DNA of 64,000 nt. Origin: an uncultured Verrucomicrobiae bacterium. Its GTDB lineage: Bacteria; Verrucomicrobiota; Verrucomicrobiia; Chthoniobacterales; UBA10450. This document shows positions 30,434 to 41,291 of the stretch, piece after piece. The position numbers were made by a program, and so were the translations under genes. Location of the stretch: NCBI GenBank assembly GCA_963772365.1, contig CAVYXA010000001.1, positions 384,001-448,000 on the forward strand, in the 5' to 3' direction. Numbering within the stretch: the stretch's first letter is position 1; each line of letters begins with the position of its first letter. The notes beneath the pieces were generated by a model that was not told where the DNA came from, searched no databases, and was given only the letters and a program-made list of their open reading frames with translations.

Positions 30434-30438
30434 GAAAG

Positions 30439-31284
30439 TCAACCCCGATTGTAGCCATTTACTCGATTTAGCCAACCCGGTAACCACTTCGCTTCATCCC
30501 GGGCAGGTGGAGAATTTTCGACCCGTCGTCGCAGGACGACTGCGGCTGCCCGGGAGAATTCATTCACGGGAGGCGAGGCATCGGTGTGCATCTCCTCCAG
30601 AACCTGCAGCAGACCCCAGCCCTGATCATGGTAGCGTTCGCGATGAAGAACGCCTTCGCCTTTGAAGTTCACATAATCAATCAGCGCGTAGCAGCTTTGC
30701 GGAGTCTTTGTCATCCGCTCGAAATTTTGATGGATCTTCGGTCGCTCTGATTCGGGGGCTTCCACCAGCATTTTGGGGAGTGCGGCTTGCAATCGGGCCA
30801 AAAGAAATTCCGCCTGGAGATCGACAGTATCAGCCAAGAACTTCCGCAACGTTTTCACTTGCGTTGTCTGTTGAGCGCCCAAAAACTCTGCGCGCGAGTT
30901 CCAGGGACAATCCAGATCGCCGCCATTCAAAAGCAGTTTTGGCAATTTCGCGCCGCGAGCGGAAACAAATTTTACGACTTTAGGGAAACTTTCGTCGAAA
31001 GGACCTTCGACTCCTTTCGGATACCAGATGAAATGGCCGATGCCGAGCGATGCGAAATTTTCCCCCTGGTTCCACGATGTCAATCCGGCGATTGTGCCGT
31101 TACATTCATTCTGCCAAATCCTTTGTCCGATCCGCATCAATTCGGTATGCGATAATCTGATCTCAGCCAGCAGATTAGAGGGCGCCATCGCAAACGCGAG
31201 AACCAGAATTCCCGGGGAAAAAACCAGGTGACCGGCGGATTGCTGGCGACGCTTTCGTCTGCTTGACGAGCGGAGTTTATCCAT
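30439..31284 (-). CDS. conserved hypothetical exported protein
   Basis: IWQNEC...WNQGENFASLGIGHFIWYP...DYVNFKGEG; start uncertain. Confidence 0.75.
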   Translation of the reverse strand: MDKLRSSSRRKRRQQSAGHLVFSPGILVLAFAMAPSNLLAEIRLSHTELMRIGQRIWQNECNGTIAGLTSWNQGENFASLGIGHFIWYPKGVEGPFDESFPKVVKFVSARGAKLPKLLLNGGDLDCPWNSRAEFLGAQQTTQVKTLRKFLADTVDLQAEFLLARLQAALPKMLVEAPESERPKIHQNFERMTKTPQSCYALIDYVNFKGEGVLHRERYHDQGWGLLQVLEEMHTDASPPVNEFSRAAAVVLRRRVENSPPARDEAKWLPGWLNRVNGYNRG

Positions 31285-31342
31285 TAGCGTCCAGCTTTCT
31301 GCGCTCCGATTGAAAGCGCAACCGAATTCAGAGGTCCACCTT

Positions 31343-32104
31343 ATGAAATATTTTGTTACCATTACCGTTCTGCTCGCGCTGGCGTTCCCGGCTTTTGCCA
31401 GGGAAAAAAGCCAGCCTAAAGATCAAAAGGCCAAACCTGCCGCAGCCGGGAACGTCGAGCTCAAAGATCAGACCGCGAAAGCCAGCTACGCAATCGGCCT
31501 TAACATTGGCCAGAATTTGGGAAAGCAGAAGTTGCCGATCAATGCCGATGCGTTCAACGCCGGATTCAAGGATGGGATGGCCGGTACACCGAAAATGACT
31601 GAAGCCGAAATCAAGGAAACGATGACGGCTTTGGAAAAGGACATGGAGAACAGGCAAAAGGGAGCAGCGGAGAAGAACAAACAGGAGGGTGAAAAATTCC
31701 TCGCTGAGAATAAAAATAAACCGGGTATAAAGACCACTGCCAGCGGTCTCCAATACAAAGTTATAAGGGAAGGCACCGGTGCACAGCCGAAACCCACGGA
31801 TACGGTCACGGTAAATTACGAAGGTAAATTGATCGATGGTACTGTTTTCGACAGTTCGTACAAGCGCGGTCAACCGGCCACGTTTCCGCTCAATGCCGTG
31901 ATAAGAGGTTGGACCGAGGGCCTGCAGCTGATGAAGGTTGGTGGCAAATACCAGCTCTTCGTCCCGGCGGATCTTGCCTATGGCGATCGGCCAATGGGGC
32001 CAGACATTACGCCGAACTCGACACTAATTTTTGACATCGAATTGCTTGATGCGAAACCTGCGGCCACCGCCAGTCCCAGCGCATCGCCTTCGCCGAACAA
32101 ATAG
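31343..32104 (+). CDS. FKBP-type peptidyl-prolyl isomerase (FkpA/Mip-like)
   Basis: SGLQYKV, VNYEGKLIDGTVFDSS, VIRGWTEGL. Confidence 0.95.
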   Translation: MKYFVTITVLLALAFPAFAREKSQPKDQKAKPAAAGNVELKDQTAKASYAIGLNIGQNLGKQKLPINADAFNAGFKDGMAGTPKMTEAEIKETMTALEKDMENRQKGAAEKNKQEGEKFLAENKNKPGIKTTASGLQYKVIREGTGAQPKPTDTVTVNYEGKLIDGTVFDSSYKRGQPATFPLNAVIRGWTEGLQLMKVGGKYQLFVPADLAYGDRPMGPDITPNSTLIFDIELLDAKPAATASPSASPSPNK

Positions 32105-32301
32105 GCGGCGTCACAAAAGGCGGGCTCGTGCTCGCCTGCTGTGATTTGGGGAAGGTGGATCGGCTTCTCCGAAGACGACGGTGAAGCAGTCGCCGAAGGC
32201 GCAAAAATTCCAGCATTTCGCTTTGCCTCGAGAAATTTGGCGGCAGAGCCGCATTGCTTTGCCAACGTGTTCGGAGAACGCGTTCCACCTGCCGACTAGC
32301 C

Positions 32302-32661
32302 CTAGATAGCCGCCGCCGTCTCCCATTCCACTCGCGTAGCGTCGCCCCAAAGATCTTCCAAGCTGTAAAAAACGCGTTTGTCTCGATGAAAGATATGGAC
32401 GACGACCTGGAGATAATCGAGCACGATCCATTGGCTGGCGGGAAATCCGTCAACCGCTACGGGACGCACGTCGTAATCTTCTTTTAAGCGTGCCTCAATT
32501 TCCCCTGCAATCGCCTTGAGCTGTGGCTCGGATGCAGCTGAGCAGATCACAAAGAAATCAGTGAAGGTCGAGATCTCTCGGAGGTCTAACACTACGATGT
32601 CCTCTGCCTTCTTATTTGAGGCAAGCTCGGCACAGGTTTGGGCTAGGTTCTTGGCGGTTAT
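32302..32661 (-). CDS. rsfS: ribosome silencing factor (apparent ATA start)
   Basis: KKAEDIVVLDL, TDFFVICSA, WIVLDY, FYSLEDLWGDA; follows nadD. Confidence 0.9.
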   Translation of the reverse strand: MTAKNLAQTCAELASNKKAEDIVVLDLREISTFTDFFVICSAASEPQLKAIAGEIEARLKEDYDVRPVAVDGFPASQWIVLDYLQVVVHIFHRDKRVFYSLEDLWGDATRVEWETAAAI

Positions 32662-33221
32662 GTCGCTCGCTCCCGGTAAAGATTTTCTCGATTAATTATG
32701 CCTTCGACCGATTCCGGAACCAGATACCGGATCGATCGCTCCGAAGCAACTCTCTTTCGAATCTCGGTAGCAGAGATGTCGATCCTGCGCAAAATCGCAG
32801 AGTAACGATGGGCCACGTGGCTGCCGGTCCGGTTCAATACAACGAACCGAACGATTTTCTCCAAGTCGTGAAAACGATGCCATTTTGGCAAATCAGGAAT
32901 ATTGTCAGCGCCGAGAAGAAAGTAGATTTCAGCATCACCTTCGCGGCGTTGGATGTCTTCCACTGTGTCGATGGTGTAGGAGGGCGGTGGCCGGCGCAAT
33001 TCACAATCGTCAACATCAAATCCCATTTCTCCTTCAATCGCGGTGCGCAACATCAACAGCCGTATTTCCGCACTCGCGATCGGCGCTTTTTTAAACGGCG
33101 AAGTCGCCGCAGGAACGAATATCACCTTGTCGAGTCCGAGCCTCTCACGGGCTTCGCGGGCCAGAATCAAATGCGCTTGATGAACCGGATCGAATGTCCC
33201 GCCGTAAACTCCTATTTTCAA
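32658..33221 (-). CDS. nadD: nicotinate-nucleotide adenylyltransferase
   Basis: GGTFDPVHQAH, SYTIDT, LGADN, ISATEIR. Confidence 0.95.
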   Translation of the reverse strand: MKIGVYGGTFDPVHQAHLILAREARERLGLDKVIFVPAATSPFKKAPIASAEIRLLMLRTAIEGEMGFDVDDCELRRPPPSYTIDTVEDIQRREGDAEIYFLLGADNIPDLPKWHRFHDLEKIVRFVVLNRTGSHVAHRYSAILRRIDISATEIRKRVASERSIRYLVPESVEGIINRENLYRERAT

Positions 33222-33297
33222 TGTTCAACGTTCCACGCTCAATTCAGTTTCGGCAAGTCTTGGACGCGGCCGATCACTCAAAGTTGAACCATAATTC

Positions 33298-33419
33298 TGT
33301 CATGTCCGCCAACGGCGGATTCGGCCTGTGGCGAATTGAGCGAAGCGAAACATCTCTCACTATTCGCTTTCGACTGCCGACAAAATGATCAGAGATCCTT
33401 CGCTTCGCTCAGGATGACA
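33298..33419. repeat. TGTCAT...ATGACA-bounded repeat with two nested mini-hairpins
   Basis: tgtcatg[tccgccaacggcgga][ttcggcctgtggcgaa]ttgagcgaagcgaaacatctc...gagatccttcgcttcgctcaggatgaca; related half-copies at ~6710-6741 and ~51112-51142. Confidence 0.7.
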
Positions 33420-33480
33420 GCTTGGATGATTTGGCGTTGGAGGTTGAACGTTCGATGTTCAGCGTTGATTCTTCCGCGAA

Positions 33481-34578
33481 ATGAAAACCGATTCGCTCGG
33501 GCAACTGATCATGACTGGGGTTCCCGGGATAGAGCTCGACGCCAAGACTGCGAAATTGTTTCGCGAGGTGCAGCCGGGCGCGTTCATTCTTTTTGGCCGC
33601 AACATTTCCACGGCCGGACAGCTGCGGAAATTGATCGATGATTTGCGCGATCTCAGCGAAGTGGAACCGATCATCACCATTGATCAGGAAGGCGGTCGCG
33701 TGTCGCGATTGCGTGCCATCGGCAGCGAGCCGCCGAATGCGCAGCAATTGCGGGATAAAGACGATGTCGATCTAATCCGCAGGCACGGGGAAACTACGGG
33801 TAAATTGCTCCGCCTTTTTGGATTTAATCTCGATCTCTGTCCGGTGCTCGATATTTCGTTCGACGACAATGCGGACAATTCATTGCGCGGCCGTTGCTAC
33901 GGGAAAACCGTCGATCAGGTCGTCCGAAACGCCGGCGCATTTAACAAAGCCATGCGCGAAGAAGGCATCACTAGTTGCGGCAAACATTTTCCAGGTTATT
34001 CCGCCGCTAGTTCTGATGCTCACTACGAACTGCCCAAAATCGAGCGGAGCCGCGAGCAATTGGAAGAATACGAACTAGCCGTCTTTCGAAAACTCAGCGC
34101 GCAAGTGGACAGCATGATGGTTTGCCACGGCTGGTATCCCTGTTTTGAACCGGTACGGGCGCCGGCGAGTTTGTCGCGAAAAATCATTCGTGATTTGCTG
34201 CGGACCGAGATCGGCTTCAAAGGATTGATCATGACCGACGATCTGGACATGGGCGCAATCCTTACCGGCTACAGCCTTGAGGAGACGATTCGCCTCGCGA
34301 TTGAGGCGGGAAACGATATAGCGATGATTTGCCATCGTATTCCCGAAGTCGGGAATGTGCGGCGAATTCTCGGCAATCTGCCCAGCGATCAAATCGATCG
34401 GGCTTTGGAGAGTGTGACGCGTTTTAAGAAAAAGCTCACGCCACCCGACCCATTTTCAGACACCGCTTTCCGCAAGATTGACGACGAGATCTCAGAATTA
34501 CGGGTCGCAACGCTCGGTGAGAAAGCCGCGGCTCAAAGTTTCGACGATGGAAAACGTTCGCCGGTAGAAATGTACTAG
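33481..34578 (+). CDS. nagZ: GH3 beta-N-acetylhexosaminidase
   Basis: IDQEGGRVSR, KHFPG, SDAH, TDDLDM. Confidence 0.85.
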   Translation: MKTDSLGQLIMTGVPGIELDAKTAKLFREVQPGAFILFGRNISTAGQLRKLIDDLRDLSEVEPIITIDQEGGRVSRLRAIGSEPPNAQQLRDKDDVDLIRRHGETTGKLLRLFGFNLDLCPVLDISFDDNADNSLRGRCYGKTVDQVVRNAGAFNKAMREEGITSCGKHFPGYSAASSDAHYELPKIERSREQLEEYELAVFRKLSAQVDSMMVCHGWYPCFEPVRAPASLSRKIIRDLLRTEIGFKGLIMTDDLDMGAILTGYSLEETIRLAIEAGNDIAMICHRIPEVGNVRRILGNLPSDQIDRALESVTRFKKKLTPPDPFSDTAFRKIDDEISELRVATLGEKAAAQSFDDGKRSPVEMY

Positions 34579-34680
34579 CCTTGGACCTGAATGAGGTCGT
34601 TTGAGATAACGGTGAGACCCTCTTGACCCCGCCGGCGATTTCACACTATTCTCCGCTCTCGTTGCCTGGGCCTACCTCCA

Positions 34681-36657
34681 ATGCGTGCTGAACTTACCAT
34701 CCGCGGTCTGATCATCGGAATCGCCATCACCGTTGTATTCACCGCGGCGAATGTTTACTTCGGGCTCAAGGCCGGTCTCACTTTTTCGACCTCCATTCCA
34801 GCGGCGGTCATTTCCATGGCGCTCCTGAAGGGATTTCGCGACGCCACGGTGCAGGAGAACAACATTGTGCAGACGGTTGCGTCCGCGGCAGGCACGCTTT
34901 CGGCGATCATCTTTGTTTTGCCCGGACTAATCATGATTGGCTGGTGGACCGGATTTCCGTTCTGGATCTCGTTTGCGATTTGCGCTCTTGGCGGAATTCT
35001 CGGCGTGATGTATTCGATTCCTCTGCGGCGCGCTCTGGTGACTGGTTCGGATTTGCCATATCCCGAAGGCGTCGCCTGCGCCGAAGTCCTTAAGGTAGGC
35101 AGCAGCCGTAATAAGCAGCATGCGGCCGACATTGAGCATGGTCGCGTCGGTCTGCTTGCCGTTGTTTGGGGCTCAATCGTGTCAGCTGTCTTCGCGGTGA
35201 TTGTTGCGACACAGCTTTTTGCTGCCGATGTCGCGCAAACTTTCAGAATCGGACGACGCGGTGCGGTGAGCGGCTACGATTTCTTTTTGTCGTTCGCCCT
35301 GCTCGGAATTGGCCACCTGGTTGGATTGTCGGTCGGGATCGCGATGCTGATCGGTGCAATTGTCGGGTGGGGGTGGGGTGTTCCACATTATTCGGCAATC
35401 GCCAGCGATCTCACAACTACGGCGGGCCAAATCGCGCAGACCACGTGGAGTCACAAAGTCCGTTTTGTCGGTGCGGGGGCAATCGGTGTTTCGGCGATCT
35501 GGACATTGCTCAAGCTCGTTAAACCCGTTGCCCAAGGTTTAGCCGGCGCGATGGCGGCATCGCGTGCCCGAAAGGCCGGCAAAGCCGACACACTCCCAAT
35601 TACCGAGCGCGATATTCCGATCGGCATCGTTTCTGTGGTGACGCTGGTTTGCATGGTGCCAATCGGTTGGTTGCTCGGGTATTTCGGAAATACCAGCGGG
35701 CTCGGAGCGCACATGACGACGCTTGTTATCGGCGGTCTCGCTTATGTGGTTCTCATGAGCTTTTTTGTATCGGCCGTTACCGGTTACATGGCCGGCTTGA
35801 TCGGTTCCTCGAACAGTCCACTTTCGGGGATCGGTATCCTGGTCGTGATCGGCGCGGCGTTATTGCTGGTTCTCGGCGTAAAACCTTACGTCCCACCAGA
35901 GGCGAGCAAGGCATTGATGGCCTTCGCGCTGTTCACGACGGCGGTCATCTTTAATGTCGCTTCGATTGCTAACAACAATCTTCAAGACCTGAAGACGGGA
36001 CAATTGGTGGACGCGACTCCATGGAAACAGCAGGTTGCGCTTATCATTGGAGTAATCGCGGGCGCGCTGGTGATTCCTCCCGTTCTCGACCTGGTCAATC
36101 ATGCCTATGGTTTTGTCGGCGCGCCGGGAGCGGAGTTGCGACCGAATCCGTTGCCGGCGCCACAAGCAGGACTGATCTCGTCGCTGGCGCAGGGAGTTAT
36201 TGCCGCTCAGATCGACTGGACTTTAATTCGAACCGGTGCATTGATCGGCGCCGGTGTGATTCTGTTGGATGAAATTCTTGCCCGCGCTACAACGCATCTG
36301 CGTGTTCCGCCGTTGGCTGTCGGCCTGGGAATTTACCTGCCAACGTCGAGTACGCTGATGATCGTAGTCGGTGCGATTGTCGGTTGGATTTTTGAGCGTC
36401 GCGCGGATCGCACACCAAAGCCGGAAGCGACGAAGCAGCTCGGCGTCTTACTCGCTTCGGGTCTGATCGTCGGCGAAAGCATTATTGGGGTCGTGATTTC
36501 CGCCATCGTGGTTTTCTCGGGCGTCGCCGCGCCGCTCGCGCTGGTCGGCCCTGCTTTTGAAACACCTGCGATTATTATTGGCGGTGCCGCGTTCGCACTA
36601 ATCGCGTTTGTGCTATATCGATGGGTCCTGCAAATGGGCAGAGCAAGATCGACATGA
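34681..36657 (+). CDS. OPT-family oligopeptide transporter
   Basis: YFGLKAGLTF, SIPAAVIS, ENNIVQT, YPEG, LQDLKTG. Confidence 0.93.
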   Translation: MRAELTIRGLIIGIAITVVFTAANVYFGLKAGLTFSTSIPAAVISMALLKGFRDATVQENNIVQTVASAAGTLSAIIFVLPGLIMIGWWTGFPFWISFAICALGGILGVMYSIPLRRALVTGSDLPYPEGVACAEVLKVGSSRNKQHAADIEHGRVGLLAVVWGSIVSAVFAVIVATQLFAADVAQTFRIGRRGAVSGYDFFLSFALLGIGHLVGLSVGIAMLIGAIVGWGWGVPHYSAIASDLTTTAGQIAQTTWSHKVRFVGAGAIGVSAIWTLLKLVKPVAQGLAGAMAASRARKAGKADTLPITERDIPIGIVSVVTLVCMVPIGWLLGYFGNTSGLGAHMTTLVIGGLAYVVLMSFFVSAVTGYMAGLIGSSNSPLSGIGILVVIGAALLLVLGVKPYVPPEASKALMAFALFTTAVIFNVASIANNNLQDLKTGQLVDATPWKQQVALIIGVIAGALVIPPVLDLVNHAYGFVGAPGAELRPNPLPAPQAGLISSLAQGVIAAQIDWTLIRTGALIGAGVILLDEILARATTHLRVPPLAVGLGIYLPTSSTLMIVVGAIVGWIFERRADRTPKPEATKQLGVLLASGLIVGESIIGVVISAIVVFSGVAAPLALVGPAFETPAIIIGGAAFALIAFVLYRWVLQMGRARST

Positions 36658-36679
36658 GACGTCCGAAGCTGCCGGCTTC

Positions 36680-38074
36680 CTAAACGTCGATCGCGTAACG
36701 CTTGAGCTTGTTGTAAAGTGTCGGCCGCTGAATCCCCAATAATTCCGCGGCCTTCTTCTTATTGCCGTGGCATTGAGCGAGAGCCTGGAGAATTGCACTT
36801 CGCTCGACATCATCCAGGGATTGCACGCCGGAGCGCGGCAGCGCCGCGATCTCCGTTTTTTGAAGCGCGGCCGGCAATTGCACTTCCGTCGGCAGCTCTT
36901 TGACACCGATCAGATTCTCTCTCGCCAGCACCACTGCGTATTCCATCGCATTTTGTAATTCGCGAACGTTTCCGGGCCAGGAATAATCGAGAAGTTTTTG
37001 AAAGGCATCCGGAGCGATTGCGGGTTCGGGCTTACCGAGTTGTTGGGCGAATTGTTTCACGAACAGAGCTACCAGTGGGGGAATGTCCTGTTTTCGCTGG
37101 CGCAATGGCGGCACTTCGATCTGAAACGTGTTCAGCCGATAATACAAATCGGAACGGAGACGGTTCTCGACCAGCGCCTGAGTCACGGCCTGATTCGATG
37201 CTGCGATGACGCGAAAGTCCGCTTTCATCGTCCGCGTACTGCCGAGCGAACGATATTCGCGCTCTTGAAGAACACGCAGAAAGCGCGTCTGCAAATCCGA
37301 TGGCATATCGGAAATTTCATCGAGAAACAACGTGCCACCGTTGGCCGCGGCGATCATTCCGGGAAAGTCATTCATCGCTCCCGTGAATGCTCCTTTGACG
37401 TAACCAAAGAGTTCTCCTTCGATCATCGTCGATGGAAATGCAGCGCAATTGAGTTTCACCATGGGCGCGCCCGCTCGGCGGCTGCGGCTATGGATGACAT
37501 TGGCGACTACTTCCTTGCCGACACCGCTTTCACCGGTGATCAGCACGTTCGCATCCGACGGGGCCATCGCGGTAATCAGCCCATCGATCTCTTGCATCGC
37601 TTTGCTTTTAAAAACCGGCGCGGGTTGCACCTCGACCATTTCCAGCCTCTTCTCCAACTGCTGCGCACGTTCTCGAAGTTCTTCTGTCTCTCGAACCAGC
37701 GATCGTTTTTCCAGCGCCTTCTCAATCAGACTTAATAGCTCTTCGGGCGCGTACGGTTTGCTGATGAAATGGTAAGCCCCGCGCTTGATCGACTCGATGG
37801 CATTGTTCAACGTGTCGTGCGCGGTCAAAATAATGACCTGCGTTTCCGGCGCGCTCGCCTTGATTTCTTCGAGCGTCTGCAACCCTTCGGCATCCGGCAA
37901 ATGGAGATCGAGCAAGACGACTGGCGGAGATTTGGTCTTTACCGCCTTTAATCCCTGCGCGGCCGTCGGGGCGCATTCCACTTCGTAGCCATGGCGTTCG
38001 AGCAGCGCTGTCAAAGTTAAGAGGATCGGCTTCTCGTCATCAACGATCAGGATACGACGATGTTCAGTTGTCAT
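36680..38074 (-). CDS. sigma54-dependent response regulator (NtrC/AtoC family)
   Basis: receiver domain, [22 protein letters not shown], Fis-type HTH. Confidence 0.95.
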   Translation of the reverse strand: MTTEHRRILIVDDEKPILLTLTALLERHGYEVECAPTAAQGLKAVKTKSPPVVLLDLHLPDAEGLQTLEEIKASAPETQVIILTAHDTLNNAIESIKRGAYHFISKPYAPEELLSLIEKALEKRSLVRETEELRERAQQLEKRLEMVEVQPAPVFKSKAMQEIDGLITAMAPSDANVLITGESGVGKEVVANVIHSRSRRAGAPMVKLNCAAFPSTMIEGELFGYVKGAFTGAMNDFPGMIAAANGGTLFLDEISDMPSDLQTRFLRVLQEREYRSLGSTRTMKADFRVIAASNQAVTQALVENRLRSDLYYRLNTFQIEVPPLRQRKQDIPPLVALFVKQFAQQLGKPEPAIAPDAFQKLLDYSWPGNVRELQNAMEYAVVLARENLIGVKELPTEVQLPAALQKTEIAALPRSGVQSLDDVERSAILQALAQCHGNKKKAAELLGIQRPTLYNKLKRYAIDV

Positions 38075-38163
38075 GTCGGGTGAAAACCACGAGGGGGAAG
38101 AACACGCGCAGTCGTGTTCGCGATTCTTCGACGTTGATAGCCACGCAGGCATTCAACGCTGCG

Positions 38164-38862
38164 TTAAGATTTTCCTGATAACGGCAACCTAATCGTGGTG
38201 ACGAGTTTACAACCTTTCGAGTCGTATTGTGCCTCAAAATTCCCATTATGAGCCTCCACAATACTGCGGGCGAGATTTAGTCCAAGGCCATAATGCCCAC
38301 GGCCGACCTTCCCAAAGGGTTGCCGCCCCCAATTCTCTGTAGGCAGATCAAAACGGGCTTTCGGTTCTCCCAGCTTGAAAACGAAATCACCACTGTCGAT
38401 CCTCGCGCTGGCAGAAATTCTGCCCGGGGCGCGCTCATGCTGGAAAGCATTTCGAAAGAGTTCGATAAACATCTGCTCGAGCAATTGAGGATCGACATTG
38501 AAAGCTGCTTCATTGAGTCGCACATCCCAATCAATGGCCGAGCTCTCCTCCGCAAACTCCTTTGCGATCTTTTTCTGCAGATCCTCCATGAATTCGGACA
38601 CGGCATACTTCATCAACCCGGGGTTCGGCTCGTCAAGTTCCGCGCTCAACTTCTGCAAGACTCGCCCAAGCTCTGAAATCATATCGCGCAGCCTCTTGAT
38701 CTCAGTTTTCAATTCCGCATCGCGCGTCAGCTCACTAAGGTAAGCGGACTGTAGCTCGGCGGCATTAAGTTGGTTTCGAAGATCATGGCTTAATTGCCGG
38801 ACAAATTGGACGATGTTTATCCATGGCACATCCCTCGGGTTTTTGGACGGACTTGTTTCCAT
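38164..38862 (-). CDS. sensorless histidine-kinase-like protein
   Basis: H-box HDLRNQL, N-box ELFRNA, GLGL; no clear DxGxG box. Confidence 0.75.
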   Translation of the reverse strand: METSPSKNPRDVPWINIVQFVRQLSHDLRNQLNAAELQSAYLSELTRDAELKTEIKRLRDMISELGRVLQKLSAELDEPNPGLMKYAVSEFMEDLQKKIAKEFAEESSAIDWDVRLNEAAFNVDPQLLEQMFIELFRNAFQHERAPGRISASARIDSGDFVFKLGEPKARFDLPTENWGRQPFGKVGRGHYGLGLNLARSIVEAHNGNFEAQYDSKGCKLVTTIRLPLSGKS

Positions 38863-38875
38863 GTTCAGCTCGCCC

Positions 38876-40451
38876 CTACTTCTTCAGGGAGAATTTGTCG
38901 TCAGCCGATTGATCGCCGCTCGCGACGCGAATGTTGCGATCGTTGTCGGCCAGGTGATGGAGAACATGAAACACATCTTCGGGATCGGCATCAATCGATC
39001 GCGCGATTTCTTCCGCGGTTTTCGGTACCGGTGCTCAGCTTTTCGCGCACTTGGCTCTGCAGCTTTAACAATCTAGTCGCAGCTTTCTTTCCAGCTTCAA
39101 CACCCGGCTGATGGTACGCATTGATGTTGATCAGTGAACCATAGAATCCAACTGCGCGTTCGTACAAGGCGATCAACGCCCCGACATTGAAGGCATTCAC
39201 TTCTGGAATTGCTACCGTGATCGATTCGCGTCCGCTTTCGGAAAGCGCGGTCCGTGTCCCGCGCAAAAAACCATGCAGATAATCGCCGCTCGTCACTTCC
39301 GGTTCTACTTCGATAGTCGGCCCGTTACGATCTTTTCCGACCTCGATAAATGTGACGAAAAAATTCAGAACACCATCGCGCAACTGTTGCACATAAGCGT
39401 GCTGATCGGTTGAGCCTTTATTTCCATAAACCGCGATCCCTTGGTGGACGATGTTTCCATCCAGGTCCTTTTCTTTGCCCAATGATTCCATCACCAGTTG
39501 TTGCAAATATTTGCTGAACAATCTGAGTCGATCTTTGTAGGGGAGAATCACCATGTCCTTTTCGCCCCGACCGTTCCCGGCGTAAAACCACATCAATGCC
39601 AGAAGCATCGCCGCGTTTTGCTCAACGTCATTCTTTCGCGTGTGCTCATCCATCGCCGCCGCGCCGGCCAGAAAATTGTCGATGTTAAATCCTTGGAGCG
39701 CCATAGGGACAAGGCCAACCGCGCTCATTACGGAGGTCCGTCCGCCAACCCAGTCCCACATCGGAAAGCGCGCCAACCAGCCGTTCTTCTCCGCGTATTT
39801 GTCGAGGTCGCTCCCAGCACCGGTCACGGCCACGGCATGCTTTGCGAAATTGAGGCCGTGCGCTTTGAACCTTGCTTCGGCCTCAAGCATTCCGTTGCGG
39901 GTCTCCTTGGTCCCGCCTGACTTCGAAATCACAACCACCAGTGTTTGAGAGAGAGCTTTGTCGATCCTGTTGAATACTCGATCGAACCCATCCGGATCGG
40001 TGTTATCGAAGAATTGGATCGACATGGGATCGCTCGCCGCGGCGAGCGAATCCGAAACGAATTGCGGCCCAAGCGCCGAGCCGCCGATACCAATCAGCAA
40101 AATGTGCTGAAACCGTTTTCCGTCTTCGCCTCCAATTTTTCCGCTGTGAATATCGGCCGCGAACGTCTTGATTCGTGAGTTGGTCTGTTCAATGTCGGCA
40201 CGCAACTCCTTTGTTGGCGCAAGTGCCGGCTGGCGCAGCCAATAATGACCCACCATTCGTTGCTCATCCGGATTGGCAATTGCGCCAGACTCGAGCTCGC
40301 GCATCGCCGTAAATGCTTTGTCGATCTGCGGCCGCATTTTCTCAAAGAAATCATCCGGAAATTTCATCCGGCTGATGTCGATCGAGAACCCGAGATCGTC
40401 GTAGCGCAGGAAATATCGCTGAAACCGCTGCCAGAGAGAAGACAACGCCAT
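38876..40451 (-). CDS. pgi: glucose-6-phosphate isomerase (apparent frameshift near 39026)
   Basis: [41 protein letters not shown]; probable true C-terminus ([13 protein letters not shown]...) is in another frame. Confidence 0.93.
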
Positions 40452-40516
40452 AGGCTAATAATGGAAGACCATTTTCCGCCTCGTCCAACGCAAAGAAGCG
40501 GTAGCCAAAGATCGAC

Positions 40517-41173
40517 CTACGGGAGCCCAGTGCCAATCTTGGATTTCGCGAGAGCCAGATCAGTCGCATCGATACTGCCGCTCGCATTTAGATCTAAGCG
40601 GAAGGTCGTCGCATCAACTGATTCACCAATCTGCGACTTCACTTGTGCGGCGTCGGACGCATTTACAACGTGGTTCGCATTTGCGTCACCGATAAGAACG
40701 TGCATGACGGCGGAAAAATCCCCTAGATTGCCCGTCGTGTCCTCCACAATATGGAGACTTACTCTAACGTCCCGCGCGTTCGGAATTCCGGTAAGGTTTA
40801 CCGTGTATTCATTGGGATTTGGTCCAATCGAGTGGCTCGTAATGCTGCCGTAGGTCGTGTCAACGGAGGCGATATTTATCAGCGGATTTTGAAAGGTGAA
40901 GATGAGCTGGTAATCGCCATTCATCCCACTACTCCGGCATTCCGTGTCAGTAAGGATAATGCTAGATTCGAAACTCTGGCAGAACAATATGTTACCGTCC
41001 CAATGCTCGATCAATGTCGAGGTGGAGGTAGAAATCCCCACTGCCCAGTAATCAGAAGCCGAAACACAGCTTATCGAAAAAAGCTTATCGTGGCCGGCGA
41101 TTGAGTTCGGCGAGCTCACAATAGACCAGGCCGTGCCATTCCAGTGTTCTATCAGCGTCAGCTGCCGGCCCAA
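40517..41173 (-). pseudogene. relic of a secreted repeat protein with C-terminal dockerin-like domain
   Basis: TLIEHWNG repeats and GDANANHVVNASD / DLNASGSIDATD; no signal peptide or clear start. Confidence 0.65.
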
Positions 41174-41291
41174 CGCAACATCATAGTACCTCGCCTACAG
41201 CCCAACAATCGGCGGCGGAGTTGCATGTTACACGATACAGGATGCCGTCATAAACATGCGGTGAATCGGATTTTGAATCTCAGCAGGATGG

